DNA of 63,107 nt, counting the filler, from Reticulomyxa filosa (Eukaryota > Protista > Foraminifera): the NCBI GenBank assembly GCA_000512085.1. It is 20 parts of 20 records of this genome, joined end to end, with 100 filler letters (N's around TTAATTAATTAA, not from the genome) between each part and the next. Parts side by side here need not be neighbours in the genome. Positions count along the whole stretch, not along the records: positions 60,197 to 63,107 come from ASPP01027293.1; 19 more parts are not named here. One strand, given 5' to 3'. This document shows positions 61,365 to 63,107 of the stretch, piece by piece (the first letter of the stretch is position 1; each line of letters opens with the position of its first letter). Made by a program: the position numbers and the translations under genes. The notes under the pieces are model-generated. The model saw only the letters and a list, made by a program, of their open reading frames with translations, did no database searches and was not told where the DNA came from.

Positions 61365-62371
61365 TTATTGTTCCCGAACATGCTTTCTCTTTTGGTACTG
61401 AGAGTAGGCGCAGCAACTAAGTAACGAAAGAACAATACAGGCGCCTAGAATGACAATGACAACGCCAACAGCGCCGGCCTTTTGGAAGATGTTTTTTTTG
61501 GAGGAGCCCCCTGACTCCTTTTTTTTGGTTTGATTACCGGTTTCGCCACTGCCGGTGCCATTGCGTGTGGTAGTCAGCGAAGTGGGTGCCTTGGTCGGAG
61601 CCAACGAGGTGGGTTTACTCGTCGGGGTTTTGGTCGGTGCAGACGTCGGAGGATGGAACGGACAAACCGATGCGGATATCCCATCAAATACGTCAGGCGA
61701 CACACTTGCAGACAAACTTATGTCCATGTAACTGCATCCTGGGGATGTCGTGCTGTCGGACAATGAGCCCAATGTCGTTGGAGGGGCTACTGATACTTGT
61801 TGTGAGTCCACCGTCATTCGTCTAAAATATATTAATATACATATTATATATACATATTATATGTATGTATATACACACATATACATATGTGTATATTAAT
61901 GTATCAAAAAAAAAAAAATAATAATCATTGATATTTTGAGTTGGGTTTATTTAACATATGCCAAAGGTATCAGTGCATTGTCGGGCAATGATATATACAT
62001 AAGAAATGGTGCCGACGTCAGTGCCGGAGATAGTCATTGAATTGGAACCGGTTGATGTCCCCGAAATTGTGTAAAAAAATGGGGAAACACAATCGCTTGA
62101 ACTTCCTCCGTTCAAATAATCTTTATTGCATAATACCACTTGCAAAGTGCATGTAGTAGAGTCAAACGGCCCGCTCGAAAATTCAAACGCGTAGTCTCGA
62201 GACACTACTGTCCTCACTGGTTGTTGGAATTTGTTCGCAATTCAAACACAAAGGAAAAGTATTGCACTTTTTTCACACATTGGAATAGATAAGCAGAAAA
62301 GAAGTATAAATTTTCTTGTTACCTCCAAGATGCAACGAAAACAGAAATAAAACAACACTAATTAAATCCAT
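61365..62371 (-). CDS. Type I membrane protein: signal peptide, small beta-sandwich (PLAT-like) ectodomain, Pro/Thr stalk and TM helix
   Basis: MDLISVVLFLFSLHLG|VRTVVSRDYAFEF..., PTSAPTKTPTSKPTSLAPTKAPT and VGVVIVILGACIVLSLLSCCAY. The second splice junction is unresolved. Confidence 0.6.
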
Positions 62372-63107
62372 CTTGGATTATTTATGACAAAGGATATCTC
62401 CTTTTTCATTCTTGTTATTAGCTCTCGTCAAACCTGTTTTTTTCAAAAGAAAAGAAAACCACCTTTCCATACAGTAATAATTACATGTGTCATAGATTGC
62501 AAAAAAGATAGGTCAAAAATATTTCTAACGTGAAATGAGTATTTTGTTGATTGTCGCGCTCTGAAGGAGTTTGACATATGCGGGAAGGAAAATGCAGTGC
62601 CCATAAAGTAAATTTGTTAAACAAATTCAATTTTCTTTTTCTTCTTGTGAATTTGATGAATTTTTTAGAAACAATATTTGAAGAACAAAAGACGCAGCTG
62701 CACATATAAACTCACAAAATGTGAAACACAAACTAAAGAATGCATTTTTGGAGCAAATACGACTTTAGCTTGGTCATCTGCTTCAATGAAAGTTGCTCCT
62801 TCATTGTCTGTTGCCTTTCCCATTTTCCATTTAATTTCTAACATTTTCTTTTTTTAAGTTCTTCAATCGTTTACTGATGCACAGTGTGTGGTTACGGAAT
62901 ACAATGAAAGAACAAAATAATTAAAATGCTATCGACACAAAAACTTTTAAATGGATGATTATTTTGTTTTAAAATTCCACTTTTTTTTCTTATCGTGCAA
63001 TATGTTTATGTGAGCACGAATCAATTTGAATATTTTCCCACATTGACATACATTATATACATTATACCACCTTTGTAACATTTTTTTGATTAGAAAAAAA
63101 TTCATCT

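Noticed and set aside
1-63107. tRNA, rRNA, snRNA or alternative genetic code
   Set aside because: No cloverleaf or rRNA-like segment recognised by eye. Conserved genes read through without in-frame stops, and TAA and TGA terminate them normally.

Overview
This window is not one locus. It is about 20 short contigs of an AT-rich, intron-containing eukaryote, joined by 19 identical artificial 100-bp linkers (N44-TTAATTAATTAA-N44, stops in all six frames). Neighbourhood is therefore only meaningful within a contig. The gene-family repertoire (expanded WD40, TPR, RGS and ART-like families, many degenerate copies, homopolymer frameshifts) resembles from recall the foraminiferan Reticulomyxa filosa; this is an inference, not a database result. 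Recognisable conserved genes are CDC27/APC3, dynactin p50, ABCB and ABCG transporters, a SET-domain protein, an NMNAT-like nucleotidyltransferase, three RGS-domain genes (one multi-TM), a ZZ-finger protein, a TLDc protein, an RNF213-like giant ATPase fragment and an ATP-grasp-like enzyme. A complete-ended, internally deleted Ty3/gypsy LTR element lies at 23279-25074 with LTRs, PBS, PPT and a CTAT target-site duplication. The most interesting signal is in contig 2: an apparent NLR/STAND-like protein whose N-terminal region carries a RelA/SpoT-type synthetase domain ahead of a truncated P-loop. It is co-oriented with a CUE-PUB-ADP-ribosyltransferase gene and a TPR gene, which suggests a candidate immune or conflict cluster in a protist.
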